Numbered from the stretch's first letter, positions 49,491-60,413 are shown. The stretch is 64,000 bases of DNA from Candidatus Oxydemutatoraceae bacterium (GCA_965219575.1 OZ244779.1:2305098-2369097); one strand, 5' to 3'. Notes: generated from the letters alone by a model not told the origin. Translations and numbers: made by a program.

Positions 49491-52007
49491 ATGAAAAAAA
49501 TCTTCATCGTTTTTCTTATTTTGCTCTTGTTATTCGGGGGAATAGTCGGTGCGGAAACATCAAATGCTTCCAAACCCAATATGATATTTGTCATGGCCGA
49601 TGATCTAGGCAAAAACATACTTTCTTTGCCTAGGATAAAAAAGGTCATTAAGATGCCTAATCTTCAAAGACTTGCTGCAGAGGGGGTGACATTCAAGAAT
49701 GCTTATGCAACACCATTTTGTTTTTCTACACGAGTAAAGTTGCTAAGTGGGCGAGCAGCAGTAAATACGGGAGCTTATAACAATGAGTTCCCCGGTGGTA
49801 GTAGAAGGAGTAAATATCTTCATAGAGTTAAAAATCAGGGACGTACTACAGGATTTTATAAATATTTTTATGACGGCGATTCGAGTGTACATCCTTTTAT
49901 AGACACTCGATATATGCCTAGCTTTGCCCTACCGCTTAAGCAAGCAGATTATACAAACGCGGTGGTCGGCAAATGGCACCTAAACGACTATATCAAGCAA
50001 CCTCGTATTTTCAAAACATTCGGATTTGACCGATGGATGATATCTGCATCGCATACAGCGATGGGAGCACATACCGATAAAGGGTTTGTAGCAACACCCG
50101 GTTTCCCTCCCGAAAAATTAGCCGATTTTGTCGTTGATTTCATTACCGAAAATAAAGATAAACCTTTCTTTGTCTACTATCCCATGCACTTGGTTCATCA
50201 TGGTTATGTAGCCACACCCTTAGCCCCGGATTCAGAAACCACGGAAGAAAAAATGATTTCAATGATTGAATATGTGGATTTGATTATAGGACGTTTGATA
50301 AAAACCTTAGAAACATTAAACATAAAAGATCGAACTATCATCTTTTTCTCGGGCGATAACGGAGACGCTTTAGATTATCGTCTTTTGTACGAACTTATTC
50401 AAGGACCCGAAAAAAGCAAAGAACAACCTTTCCACGGTAAAGGTTCTTTATACGAAGGTGGTGTCAACGTACCTTTAATAGTGAGCGGCGGTCCTGTTGT
50501 GAAAAGGGGAGAAACCGAAGCGTTGGTGGATTTTACCGATATCCTGCCGACACTTGCCGATCTTGCCGGTGTCTCCGTTGTTAGAAAAAATCGAGAAAAA
50601 AACGATGATTACAGAGGAATAGCCGATCGATATGTTTCCGTTGCCGAACTATACAAAGGAGACGGCTACTCCATAGCACCCTTTCTAATCGGACAAAGCG
50701 ATGACACACCACGAAAATGGATGATGTATTCATACTATAATGACATAGTGGTGCGCAACAAAGAGTTTAAGCTCTGGGCAAAAATAGAGAATAATACATA
50801 TCGAGGATATAAACTCTATGATTTATATAACGATCCCTACGAACAAACCAATTTATACGACAGCACGGATCAAACTATTCTCACGGCTAAGCAACAAATA
50901 GAAAATATACTAAACAGTATCCCCAAACCCACAACGATAGACGAATATTTTGATCCGGTAGATTGGAACTACGGTATGTTGTCTCATTGGTCTATGAATC
51001 AACTAAAACCGACCGATACCGAAAGCGGCTATAATGCAGAAAGCGATAGAACCATTGTTAAGAAAAAAGGGATACTCGGCAAAGCAATCGAGGCAACCCA
51101 CTTATACGCCCCCTATTCCAAAGATTTATTTTATAACTTTGTCGTAGATGCAAACGATAGGTTATACCGGAAATTAATACAATTACAAAATGTTAGACAA
51201 TTTCCCGGAAGTAGAACTTTCTATGTAGGAGTGGGTAAGGTCATAAGAAATTCCAATGAACCTTTTATGGAATATGCAAACACTATCTTTAATCGGATTA
51301 GCCCCGATACATACTTCTCAAGAAGAGGAGACAGAGAAAAATTTCTCTCCGGCATGACCGTATCGGCATGGGTGCAAACCCCACAACCAGAACAAAATAT
51401 TTATATTCTGAAGCAGCCGTACGCCGACAAAAAAAGTAATCTAGTAAGTTTTTTCATCACCGAAGATGCAACCGTCAATTTTGAATTAACCACGAACGAT
51501 AAAAACCATAAGCTGGTAAGCAAAACTTTAGACCAAACACTTTGGGAGCAATGGATACACATTGCGACAACATGGGACGGGCGTAGCGAATGTGGCGAAA
51601 CCATTCTTTATGTCAACGGTGCGCGTGTCGCCCGAGCGTGTTTAGGAAAACCTTTGTCGGCGGACAATACCGACAACCTACTGCTGGGTGGCTTTGCCGA
51701 AGATCCTAAAACCAATCACCCCGAAACCTTGATAGACGATATTGCTTTATGGCGGCAACCGCTGATGCCGATGCAAATAGAAGCACTGTATCGGCTCGGC
51801 AATCGTTTCTCTTACGATGCCTCGCAAGTCGATGCTTTGTTCAATACGCCCGAGGATAATGGTACGACAAAAATCGGAGATCGGGTATGGCATCGTACGG
51901 CATTAGAAGAAACGACCGATACCGAGCGTTTGATGATTCTAGAACTTCGCGATGAAGTGAAGGTTCAATTCGGGGATGTGATAGCAATCGAAACGATATC
52001 TCCCTAA
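49491..52007 (+). CDS. Secreted sulfatase-like hydrolase with C-terminal LamG/ConA-like domain, copy 1
   Basis: Signal peptide, KPN.IF.MADD.G, CFSTR..L.SGR, GKWHL, GDNG and K.SLYEGG.NVP; C-terminal TVSAW, W.HIA.TWD, LYVNG and IDDIALW...L. Confidence 0.88.
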   Translation: MKKIFIVFLILLLLFGGIVGAETSNASKPNMIFVMADDLGKNILSLPRIKKVIKMPNLQRLAAEGVTFKNAYATPFCFSTRVKLLSGRAAVNTGAYNNEFPGGSRRSKYLHRVKNQGRTTGFYKYFYDGDSSVHPFIDTRYMPSFALPLKQADYTNAVVGKWHLNDYIKQPRIFKTFGFDRWMISASHTAMGAHTDKGFVATPGFPPEKLADFVVDFITENKDKPFFVYYPMHLVHHGYVATPLAPDSETTEEKMISMIEYVDLIIGRLIKTLETLNIKDRTIIFFSGDNGDALDYRLLYELIQGPEKSKEQPFHGKGSLYEGGVNVPLIVSGGPVVKRGETEALVDFTDILPTLADLAGVSVVRKNREKNDDYRGIADRYVSVAELYKGDGYSIAPFLIGQSDDTPRKWMMYSYYNDIVVRNKEFKLWAKIENNTYRGYKLYDLYNDPYEQTNLYDSTDQTILTAKQQIENILNSIPKPTTIDEYFDPVDWNYGMLSHWSMNQLKPTDTESGYNAESDRTIVKKKGILGKAIEATHLYAPYSKDLFYNFVVDANDRLYRKLIQLQNVRQFPGSRTFYVGVGKVIRNSNEPFMEYANTIFNRISPDTYFSRRGDREKFLSGMTVSAWVQTPQPEQNIYILKQPYADKKSNLVSFFITEDATVNFELTTNDKNHKLVSKTLDQTLWEQWIHIATTWDGRSECGETILYVNGARVARACLGKPLSADNTDNLLLGGFAEDPKTNHPETLIDDIALWRQPLMPMQIEALYRLGNRFSYDASQVDALFNTPEDNGTTKIGDRVWHRTALEETTDTERLMILELRDEVKVQFGDVIAIETISP

Positions 52008-52071
52008 CCCGAACCCGGAACCGAACAATACTATAGTAAGATAAGAAACTCTTTGCAACCAATATCTAAGT

Positions 52072-54591
52072 TTGATGAACAATACTCAAAAATTAATTGT
52101 TATTGCTTTTGTTATCTTGCTCTGGTTATTCGGAGCAGTGGTCGGTGCAGAAACGCCCCACTCCTCCAAGCCTAATATGATATTTATCATGGCCGATGAT
52201 ATAGGCAAAAACATACTCTCTTTGCCTAGGATAAAAAATGTCATTAAGATGCCTAATCTCGAGCGACTTGCCGCTGAGGGGGTAACATTCAAGAATGCTT
52301 ATGCAACACACCTCTGTTTTTCCACACGAGTAAAACTAGTAAGTGGACGAGCTTCATTGAATACGGGGGCTTATGGGAATCAGTTTCCGGACGGTGGTAA
52401 TCCGAATAGGGTAGTTGACAAAGAACGTACTACGGGATTTTACAAATATTTTTATGACGGCGATTCAAGTATATACCCCTTCATAGACCCTCAATACACG
52501 CCTAGCTTTGCGCTACCACTTAAGCAAGCAGGTTATACAACCGCAGTGGTGGGAAAATGGCATTTGAATGGCTATATCAAGCAACCTCGTATTTTTAGAA
52601 CGTTCGGCTTTGATGAGTGGATGATATCTAGCAGCCATGTTGCCCCCGGTGCATTAACCAATAAAGGATATGTGGTTACCCCTAGTAGATCTCATGCCGA
52701 AAAATCGGCCGACTTCGTTGTTAACCTCATCACGGATAATAAAGATAAACCTTTCTTTGTCTACTATCCCATGAATTTAGTACATTCACCCTTTGTAATG
52801 CCTTCCAATCCGGTAGGGCATCTGACGCATACTTTGGTAGAAAGACAGATTGCTATGATTGAATATGTAGACCAAATTATAGGGCGTTTGATAAAAACCT
52901 TGGAAACATTAAACATAAAGAACCGGACTATTATCTTTTTCTCGGGTGATAACGGAGATGCCGGTGCGTATCGTTCTTTGTACGAACTTATTCAAGGACC
53001 CGAAAAAAGCAAAGCACAACCTTTCCGCGGTAAAAGTACTCTATACGAGGGCGGTGTCAATGTACCTTTGATAGTGAGCGGTGGTCCCGTCTTAAAAAGA
53101 GGAGAGACCGAAGCCTTGGTCGATTTTACCGATATCCTACCCACACTTGCCGACCTCGCCGGTATCTCCGTTTTTAGAAAAAATCGGAAAAACAACAATG
53201 ATTACAGAGGAATAAACGATCAGTATGTCTCCGTAGCAGGACTATACAAAGGAGACGGCTATTCCATAGCACCTTTTCTAACCGGACAAAGCGATGACAC
53301 ACCACGAAAATGGATGATGTTTGCATCGCAAGGTGACATCGTGGTGCGCAATAAAGAGTTTAAGCTCTGGGCAAAATTGAACAATAACGAATACCGAGGA
53401 TATAAACTCTATGATTTATATAACGACCCCTACGAACAAACCAATTTATACGACAGCACGGACCAAACTATTCTCACGGCTAAGCAACGAATAGAAAATA
53501 TACTGGACGGTGTCCCCAAACCCACACGGATAGACGAATATTTTGATCCGGTAGATTGGAATTACGGTATGCTGTCTCATTGGACTTTTAACCAACCGAA
53601 ATTTCTAACGGACAAAAGTAAATTAGCCGATATCGAGAGTGGTTACGATGCATACGATGCCGAAATCGTTTTTGATGAACAAGGAAAATTCGGACAAGCA
53701 ATCAGCGCAGACCGTCTACAGATTCCTTATTCCCAAGGGCTGTTTTATAACTTTATCGTTGGTGACAACGAAAGGCTTTTTAACCGACACGGTAAAGGGA
53801 TATTCTATAGGGGAATCACAAAATTAATAGAAACAAACAAAACACTAATGGAATTTTCAAACTCTCTTTATACCAAGTGGTCTCCTCCTAATGAATATCC
53901 TTCCATAAGAGGAGACAGAGAAAAATTTCTCTCCGGCATGACCGTGTCGGCATGGATACAAACCCCACAACTCAAGCAGGATATTTATATTCTGAAGCAG
54001 CCGTACGCCGACAAAAAAGGTAATCTGATAAGTTTTTCTATTACCGAATATGCAACCGTCAATTTCGAATTAACCACGAACGATAAAACCGCTAAGCTGG
54101 AAAGCAAAACTTTAGACCGAACACTCCGGGGACAATGGATGCACATCGCGGCAACATGGGACGGGCGTAGCGAATGTGGCGAAACCATTCTTTATGTCAA
54201 CGGCGCGCGTGTCGCCCAGGCGTGTTTAGGAATGCCTTTGTCGGCGGACGATACCGACAACCTACTGCTGGGTGGCTTTGCCGAAGATCTAAAAACCAAT
54301 CACCCCGAAACCTTGATAGACGATATTGCTTTATGGCGGCAACCGCTGATGCCGATGCAAATAGAAGCACTGTATCGGCTCGGCAATCGTTTCTCTTACG
54401 ATGCCTCGCAAGTCGATGCTTTGTTCAATACGCCCGAGGATAATGGTACGACAAAAATCGGAGATCGGGTATGGCATCGTACGGCATTAGAAGAAACAAC
54501 CGATACCGAGCGTTTGATGATTCTAGATCTCCGCGACGAAGTCAAAGTTCAATTCGGGGATGTGATGGCAATCGAAACGATATCTCCCTAA
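52072..54591 (+). CDS. Secreted sulfatase-like hydrolase with LamG domain, copy 2
   Basis: Collinear paralogue with the same motifs. Confidence 0.88.
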   Translation: MMNNTQKLIVIAFVILLWLFGAVVGAETPHSSKPNMIFIMADDIGKNILSLPRIKNVIKMPNLERLAAEGVTFKNAYATHLCFSTRVKLVSGRASLNTGAYGNQFPDGGNPNRVVDKERTTGFYKYFYDGDSSIYPFIDPQYTPSFALPLKQAGYTTAVVGKWHLNGYIKQPRIFRTFGFDEWMISSSHVAPGALTNKGYVVTPSRSHAEKSADFVVNLITDNKDKPFFVYYPMNLVHSPFVMPSNPVGHLTHTLVERQIAMIEYVDQIIGRLIKTLETLNIKNRTIIFFSGDNGDAGAYRSLYELIQGPEKSKAQPFRGKSTLYEGGVNVPLIVSGGPVLKRGETEALVDFTDILPTLADLAGISVFRKNRKNNNDYRGINDQYVSVAGLYKGDGYSIAPFLTGQSDDTPRKWMMFASQGDIVVRNKEFKLWAKLNNNEYRGYKLYDLYNDPYEQTNLYDSTDQTILTAKQRIENILDGVPKPTRIDEYFDPVDWNYGMLSHWTFNQPKFLTDKSKLADIESGYDAYDAEIVFDEQGKFGQAISADRLQIPYSQGLFYNFIVGDNERLFNRHGKGIFYRGITKLIETNKTLMEFSNSLYTKWSPPNEYPSIRGDREKFLSGMTVSAWIQTPQLKQDIYILKQPYADKKGNLISFSITEYATVNFELTTNDKTAKLESKTLDRTLRGQWMHIAATWDGRSECGETILYVNGARVAQACLGMPLSADDTDNLLLGGFAEDLKTNHPETLIDDIALWRQPLMPMQIEALYRLGNRFSYDASQVDALFNTPEDNGTTKIGDRVWHRTALEETTDTERLMILDLRDEVKVQFGDVMAIETISP

Positions 54592-54655
54592 CCCGAACCC
54601 GGAACCGAACAATACTATAGTAAAATAGGAAACTTTCTGCAACCAATATCTAAGT

Positions 54656-57172
54656 TTGATGAAAAATACTCAAAAACTAATCGTTATCGTTTTTGTTATC
54701 TTGCTCTGGTTATTTGGAGCAGTGGTCGGTGCAGAAACACCCCATTCCTCCAAGCCCAATATGATATTTATCATGGCCGATGATATAGGCAAAAACATAC
54801 TTTCTTTGCCTAGGATGAAAAATGTGATTAAGATGCCTAATCTTGAGCGACTTGCTGCAGAGGGGGTAACATTCAAGAATGCTTATGCAACATACCTTTG
54901 TTTCTCCACACGAGTAAAACTAGTAAGTGGACGAGCTTCATTGAATACAGGAGCTTATAACAATGAATTTCCCGATGGTGATAGAAGAAGTAAATATCTT
55001 CATAGAGTTAAAAATCAGGGACGTACTACAGGATTTTATAAATATTTTTATGACGGCGATTCGAGTATACACCCCTTCATAGACACTCAATATACACCGA
55101 GCTTCGCCCTACCGCTCAAGCAAGCAGGTTATACAAACGCAGTGGTGGGAAAATGGCACCTAAACGACTATATCAAGCAACCTCGTATTTTTAGAACGTT
55201 CGGATTTGACCGATGGATGATATCCAGAGGAAATAAAGCACCGGGAGCATACACCGATAAAGGATTTATAGCAACACCTAGTTTTCCTCCCGAAAAATTA
55301 GCCGACTTTGTCGTTGATTTTATTACCGAAAATAAAGATAAACCTTTCTTTGTCTACTATCCCATGCACTTGGTTCATGCTCCTTTTGTAGCCACACCGC
55401 TAGCCCCGGATTCAGAAACTACGAAAGAAAAAATGATTTCCATGATTGAATATGTAGATTTGATTATAGGGCGTTTGATAAAAATCTTAGAGACTTTAAA
55501 CATAAAGAATCGGACTATTATCTTTTTCTCGGGTGATAACGGAGATGCCGATGCGTATCGTTCTTTGTACGAACTTATTCAAGGACCCGAAAAAAGCAAA
55601 GCACAACCTTTTCGAGGTAAGAGTTCTCTATACGAGGGCGGTGTCAATGTACCTTTGATAGTGAGCGGTGGTCCTGTCGTAAAAAGAGGAAAGACCGAAG
55701 CCTTGGTCGATTTTACCGATATCCTACCCACACTCGCCGACCTCGCCGGTATCTCCGTTTTTAGAAAAAATCGGAAGAATAATGATGATTACAGAGGAAT
55801 AAACGATCAATATGTCTCGGTAGCAGGACTACACAAAGGAGACGGCTATTCCATAGCACCTTTTCTAACCGGACAAAGTGATGACACACCACGAAAATGG
55901 ATGATGTTTGCATCGCAAGGTGACATCGTGGTGCGCAATAAAGAGTTTAAGTTATGGGCAAAAATAGAGAATAATAAATATCAAGGATATAAACTCTATG
56001 ATTTATATAACGACCCCTACGAACAAACCAATTTATACGACAGCACGGACCAAACTATTCTCACGGCTAAGCAACGAATAGAAAATATACTGGACGGTGT
56101 CCCCAAACCCACACGGATAGACGAATATTTTGATCCGGTAGATTGGAATTACGGTATGCTGTCTCATTGGACTTTTAACCAACCGAAATTTCTAACAGAC
56201 AAAAATAAATTAACCGATACCGAAGGTGGTTACGATGCATACGATACCGAAATTATTTTTGATGAACAAGGAAAATTCGGACAAGCAATCAGCGCAGACC
56301 GTCTACAGATTTCTTATTCCGAAGGGCTGTTTTATAACTTTATCCTTGGTGACAACACCAAGCCTAAACTAAGCAATAAACTGATATCCCCCAAAGAAGT
56401 CGCAAAAATGATAGAAAAAAGCAAAACACTAGTGGAATTTGAAAACTCTTTTTATACTAAATGGTCTTCTTCTAATGAATATCTTTCCAAAAGAGGAGAC
56501 AGAGAAAAATTTCTCTCCGGCATGACCGTGTCGGCATGGATACAAACTCTACAACCCAAACAAGATATTTATGTTCTGAAGCAGCCGTACGCCGACAAAG
56601 AAGGTAATCTGATAAGTTTTTCCATCACCGAAGATACAACCGTCAATTTTGAATTAACCACGAACGATAAAAACCATAAGCTGGTAAGCAAAACTTTAGA
56701 CCAAACACTTTGGGAGCAATGGATACACATTGCGGCAACATGGGACGGGCGTAGCGAATGTGGCGAAACCATTCTTTATGTCAACGGCGCGCGTGTCGTC
56801 CAGGCGTGTTTAGGAAGGCCTTTGTCGGCGGACGATACCGACAATCTATTGTTGGGTGGCTTTGCCGAAGATCCTAAAACCAATCACCCCGAAACCTTGA
56901 TAGACGATATTGCTTTATGGCGGCAACCGCTGATGCCGATGCAAATAGAAGCACTGTATCGGCTCGGCAATCGTTTCTCTTACGATGCCTCGCAAGTCGA
57001 TGCTTTGTTCAATACGCCCGAGGATAATGGTACGACAAAAATCGGAGATCGGGTATGGCATCGTACGGCATTAGAAGAAACAACCGATACCGAGCGTTTG
57101 ATGATTCTAGATTTCCGCAACGAAGTCAAAGTTCAATTCGGGGATGTGATGGCAATTCGTCTAAAAATATAG
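54656..57172 (+). CDS. Secreted sulfatase-like hydrolase with LamG domain, copy 3
   Basis: Collinear paralogue 2584 bp after copy 2, with a near-identical upstream spacer. Confidence 0.88.
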   Translation: MMKNTQKLIVIVFVILLWLFGAVVGAETPHSSKPNMIFIMADDIGKNILSLPRMKNVIKMPNLERLAAEGVTFKNAYATYLCFSTRVKLVSGRASLNTGAYNNEFPDGDRRSKYLHRVKNQGRTTGFYKYFYDGDSSIHPFIDTQYTPSFALPLKQAGYTNAVVGKWHLNDYIKQPRIFRTFGFDRWMISRGNKAPGAYTDKGFIATPSFPPEKLADFVVDFITENKDKPFFVYYPMHLVHAPFVATPLAPDSETTKEKMISMIEYVDLIIGRLIKILETLNIKNRTIIFFSGDNGDADAYRSLYELIQGPEKSKAQPFRGKSSLYEGGVNVPLIVSGGPVVKRGKTEALVDFTDILPTLADLAGISVFRKNRKNNDDYRGINDQYVSVAGLHKGDGYSIAPFLTGQSDDTPRKWMMFASQGDIVVRNKEFKLWAKIENNKYQGYKLYDLYNDPYEQTNLYDSTDQTILTAKQRIENILDGVPKPTRIDEYFDPVDWNYGMLSHWTFNQPKFLTDKNKLTDTEGGYDAYDTEIIFDEQGKFGQAISADRLQISYSEGLFYNFILGDNTKPKLSNKLISPKEVAKMIEKSKTLVEFENSFYTKWSSSNEYLSKRGDREKFLSGMTVSAWIQTLQPKQDIYVLKQPYADKEGNLISFSITEDTTVNFELTTNDKNHKLVSKTLDQTLWEQWIHIAATWDGRSECGETILYVNGARVVQACLGRPLSADDTDNLLLGGFAEDPKTNHPETLIDDIALWRQPLMPMQIEALYRLGNRFSYDASQVDALFNTPEDNGTTKIGDRVWHRTALEETTDTERLMILDFRNEVKVQFGDVMAIRLKI

Positions 57173-57186
57173 AACCGACAATTCGC

Positions 57187-59031
57187 TCACTCTACGGTAA
57201 CCGATTTTGCAAGGTTACGGGGTTGGTCTATATCGGTGCCTTTCAACAACGCCGTATGATATGCGAGTAATTGCAGGGGTATAGTAAATAGAATCGGCGA
57301 AACCGCATTTTCGGAGGCATTCAATCGTATCACTTTCAAAGATGACTCCTTGTCCGACTGAAACCCGGTACCGGAATCTGCAAAGACATGCAAATGCCCT
57401 CCTCTCGCTCGCACTTCTTTTAGATTAGATTTAAGTTTAGACAGTAATCGGTCGTTCGGTGCGACCGCAACGACCGGCATATTAAAATCCACTAAAGCCA
57501 GCGGGCCATGCTTGAGTTCGCCGGCGGCATAAGCCTCGGCGTGTATATACGAAATTTCTTTCATTTTGAGAGCTCCTTCCATAGCGATCGGGTAATGCAG
57601 ACCTCGCCCCAAGAATAGTGCATGCTGCTTGTCGGAATACTCTCTCGCTAACAGGCGTATCTGCTCCTCGCAATCTAAAATTTGCTCCAGACGTGCAGGC
57701 AGGTTGCGTAATTGTCCGACAAGATCGGATACTACCGATTTCGTCAAACACCGCCGTTTACCCAAGAGTATGGTCAGTAGCAACAAAACGGTAAGCTGTG
57801 TTGTGAATGCTTTAGTTGAAGCCACACCTATTTCGGGACCGGCGTGGGTCATCAATACCGCATCGACCTCGCGAGTTAGCGAACTTTCCGGCACATTACA
57901 AATAGCCAATGTTTTGAAATAACCGTGTTGTTTGGCAATCCGCAGTGCTGCTAAAGTATCCGCAGTCTCGCCCGACTGAGAAATTACAATGAGCAAGGTA
58001 TTCCGAGGCACAAAGTGATGTCGGTATCGAAATTCGCTGGCGATTTCGGCACTGCAAGACATATTCGCAAACTCTTCCAACCAATAACGGGCGACAAGTG
58101 CGGCGTGATAGCTGGTTCCACAGGCAACGATATGCACCTGTTCGGTACAATCGAGAAACTCGGTTGCATCGGGAGAAATAATATCGTCCGGAATATCGTT
58201 GGCAAGCAAACGGCCTTCGAGCGTATCTGCGATAACACGAGGTTGATCGTATATTTCTTTCTGCATATAGTGTCGATATTCGCCCAAGTCGCTGTTGTAC
58301 GATGCCAACGATATTTCATGGTGTTGGCGCACTACGGGTTTCAAATGACTATCAAAAATACCTACTTGATCTCGGCTAATCTCCGCGATGTCCCCGTTTT
58401 CCAAATGGATAAAGGTTTGAGTAACCGAGGACAACGCCTGTATATCGGATGCTGCATAGTTGGCATCCTTTCCGATACCGATGACCAGCGGGCTTCCTTC
58501 CCGCACCAATACGACATGCTCGGGATTTTGTGCATCAAGCACAGCCAAGCTATATGCGCCTTCAAGGTCGTTTATGGTTTTTGATATCGCACCCAATAAA
58601 TCCTCATTCTGCCGCAAATAAAATATAATCTGATGCGCTATGACTTCGGTATCGGTTTCCGAATTAAACTCAAAGCCCTCGGATTTTTGTGCCTCCTTCA
58701 AAACCTCGTAATTTTCTATGATGCCGTTGTGGACGATAGCGATACGGTTATCGGAAATATGCGGGTGTGCATTTGCTTTATCGGGTGCGCCGTGGGTCGC
58801 CCAACGGGTATGCGCTATGCCGATATGGCTACGGCATGGTGTCGATTTTAATAATTCCGCTAGTTTCGCTACCTTACCCAAACATCGTATGCGTTGTATC
58901 GGAACATCATCGTTATCGCTCAGAACCGCAATACCGGCAGAGTCATAACCACGGTATTCCAGTCTGAATAACCCCTCCATTAAAATATCGCTTACATCGG
59001 ATGCTGCAATCGCAGCGACTATGCCACACAT
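57187..59031 (-). CDS. glmS: Glutamine--fructose-6-phosphate aminotransferase
   Basis: True start MCGIV at 59031; LEYRGYDSAG, HTRWATHG, HNGIIEN, SQSGET, ASTKAF and PRNLAKSVTVE motifs. Confidence 0.99.
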   Translation of the reverse strand: MCGIVAAIAASDVSDILMEGLFRLEYRGYDSAGIAVLSDNDDVPIQRIRCLGKVAKLAELLKSTPCRSHIGIAHTRWATHGAPDKANAHPHISDNRIAIVHNGIIENYEVLKEAQKSEGFEFNSETDTEVIAHQIIFYLRQNEDLLGAISKTINDLEGAYSLAVLDAQNPEHVVLVREGSPLVIGIGKDANYAASDIQALSSVTQTFIHLENGDIAEISRDQVGIFDSHLKPVVRQHHEISLASYNSDLGEYRHYMQKEIYDQPRVIADTLEGRLLANDIPDDIISPDATEFLDCTEQVHIVACGTSYHAALVARYWLEEFANMSCSAEIASEFRYRHHFVPRNTLLIVISQSGETADTLAALRIAKQHGYFKTLAICNVPESSLTREVDAVLMTHAGPEIGVASTKAFTTQLTVLLLLTILLGKRRCLTKSVVSDLVGQLRNLPARLEQILDCEEQIRLLAREYSDKQHALFLGRGLHYPIAMEGALKMKEISYIHAEAYAAGELKHGPLALVDFNMPVVAVAPNDRLLSKLKSNLKEVRARGGHLHVFADSGTGFQSDKESSLKVIRLNASENAVSPILFTIPLQLLAYHTALLKGTDIDQPRNLAKSVTVE

Positions 59032-59036
59032 CGTTT

Positions 59037-60413
59037 CTATTTCTTCATCGGTCGTCGCCAGCCTTTCACGGTGGTCTGTTTGCAACGAGATAATGTCAAT
59101 TTATCGGCAGGTACATCGTGGGTGATTGTCGAACCGGCACCGATGGTGGCATTGGAACCTATTTCAATGGGGGCGATGATTTGCGTATCCGAACCTATAA
59201 ATACATTGTCTCCGATAACCGTGCGGTGTTTATAGGCACCGTCGTAGTTACATGTGATTGTGCCGGCACCTATATTGACCTTGGAACCCATTTCACTATC
59301 TCCTATATAGCTCAGGTGGTTGATTTTAGCGTCATGACCGGTTGTGGTCTGTTTTATCTCTACGAAATTACCGATGCGGTTATTATCACCTATGTGCGTC
59401 TCGGGGCGCACCCGTGCATAAGGTCCCACGATGCAACATTTGCCGATATGCGCGCCTTCTATATGAGAAAAAGACCTAACCACCGTGCCTGCCGCAATAG
59501 AGACATTTTTCAACACGCTATAGGCCTCTACCTTAACATCGTCGCCGAGTTTTATTTCACCCTCGAGTATTACACCGACATCGAAGATAACACCTTTGCC
59601 GAGCTGCACTTCGGCACGCACGTCCAAACGCTCGGCATCTTGGACTATAGCACCGTTTTCTATCAATTCGGCAACCCGAATGCGCTGTAACAATCGCTCC
59701 GCTTCGGTATACTGACAGGGGGTGTTGATACCCATGGCACGCCATGTTTCTTTCAACCCGCAAACCTCTATATCCAAATCTTCGTCGACCGCAATCCGTA
59801 TACAATCGGTCAAATAGTATTCTTGTTGCTTATTGTCGTTTACTACTTTTTGTATTAATTTGCTTAGAGTTTTTGCTTGTGCGGTCATAATGCCTATGCT
59901 GACTTCCTCCACCTTGCGTTCGTCGAGCGAAGCATCCGCCTCCTCGACGATACGCGTCACCCTTCCGTCATCGGTACGCAGCACGCGTCCGTAACCGGTA
60001 GGGTCTTTCAATTGCGTAGCCATAAAAGTAAGTTCGTGCTGCGCTTGTAGCGCGAGCAACATTTGATAGCTCGATGTATCGACAAACGGCATATCGGTAT
60101 ACGAAACTAAAACTTGATCGTCGGGTGTTATCGCCGGCAGTGCTTGAGAAACCGCGTGTGCCGTACCGAGCTGTTCGGCTTGTCGATGCCAATATATATT
60201 GTCCAATCCCGCAAAACGATCGGAAACCGCCTCCCGAACCTGTTCGCCACCGAAACCTACAACAATATGTAACTGTGCCGATTGAAGTTTCCGGATCTCC
60301 CTAAGGACATGGAAAATAAGTGGTTCACCGCCCAACTTGAGGAGTGCTTTAGGTTTTGTGCCGCCCATCCGCCGGGCTTTACCGGCTGCAAGAAGAACGA
60401 TAGAAAGGCTCAT
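59037..60413 (-). CDS. glmU: Bifunctional UDP-GlcNAc pyrophosphorylase / acetyltransferase
   Basis: LAAG...RM, Q.EQLGTAHAV, GYGR, EYYLTD, GNFVEIK, HLSYIGD and ITCNYDG plus hexapeptide repeats. Confidence 0.98.
   Translation of the reverse strand: MSLSIVLLAAGKARRMGGTKPKALLKLGGEPLIFHVLREIRKLQSAQLHIVVGFGGEQVREAVSDRFAGLDNIYWHRQAEQLGTAHAVSQALPAITPDDQVLVSYTDMPFVDTSSYQMLLALQAQHELTFMATQLKDPTGYGRVLRTDDGRVTRIVEEADASLDERKVEEVSIGIMTAQAKTLSKLIQKVVNDNKQQEYYLTDCIRIAVDEDLDIEVCGLKETWRAMGINTPCQYTEAERLLQRIRVAELIENGAIVQDAERLDVRAEVQLGKGVIFDVGVILEGEIKLGDDVKVEAYSVLKNVSIAAGTVVRSFSHIEGAHIGKCCIVGPYARVRPETHIGDNNRIGNFVEIKQTTTGHDAKINHLSYIGDSEMGSKVNIGAGTITCNYDGAYKHRTVIGDNVFIGSDTQIIAPIEIGSNATIGAGSTITHDVPADKLTLSRCKQTTVKGWRRPMKK

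Noticed and set aside
49491-57172. Diversity-generating retroelement behind the sulfatase or GT25 variation
   Set aside because: No reverse transcriptase in the window, differences are not adenine-specific and include indels, and there is no template/variable repeat pair.
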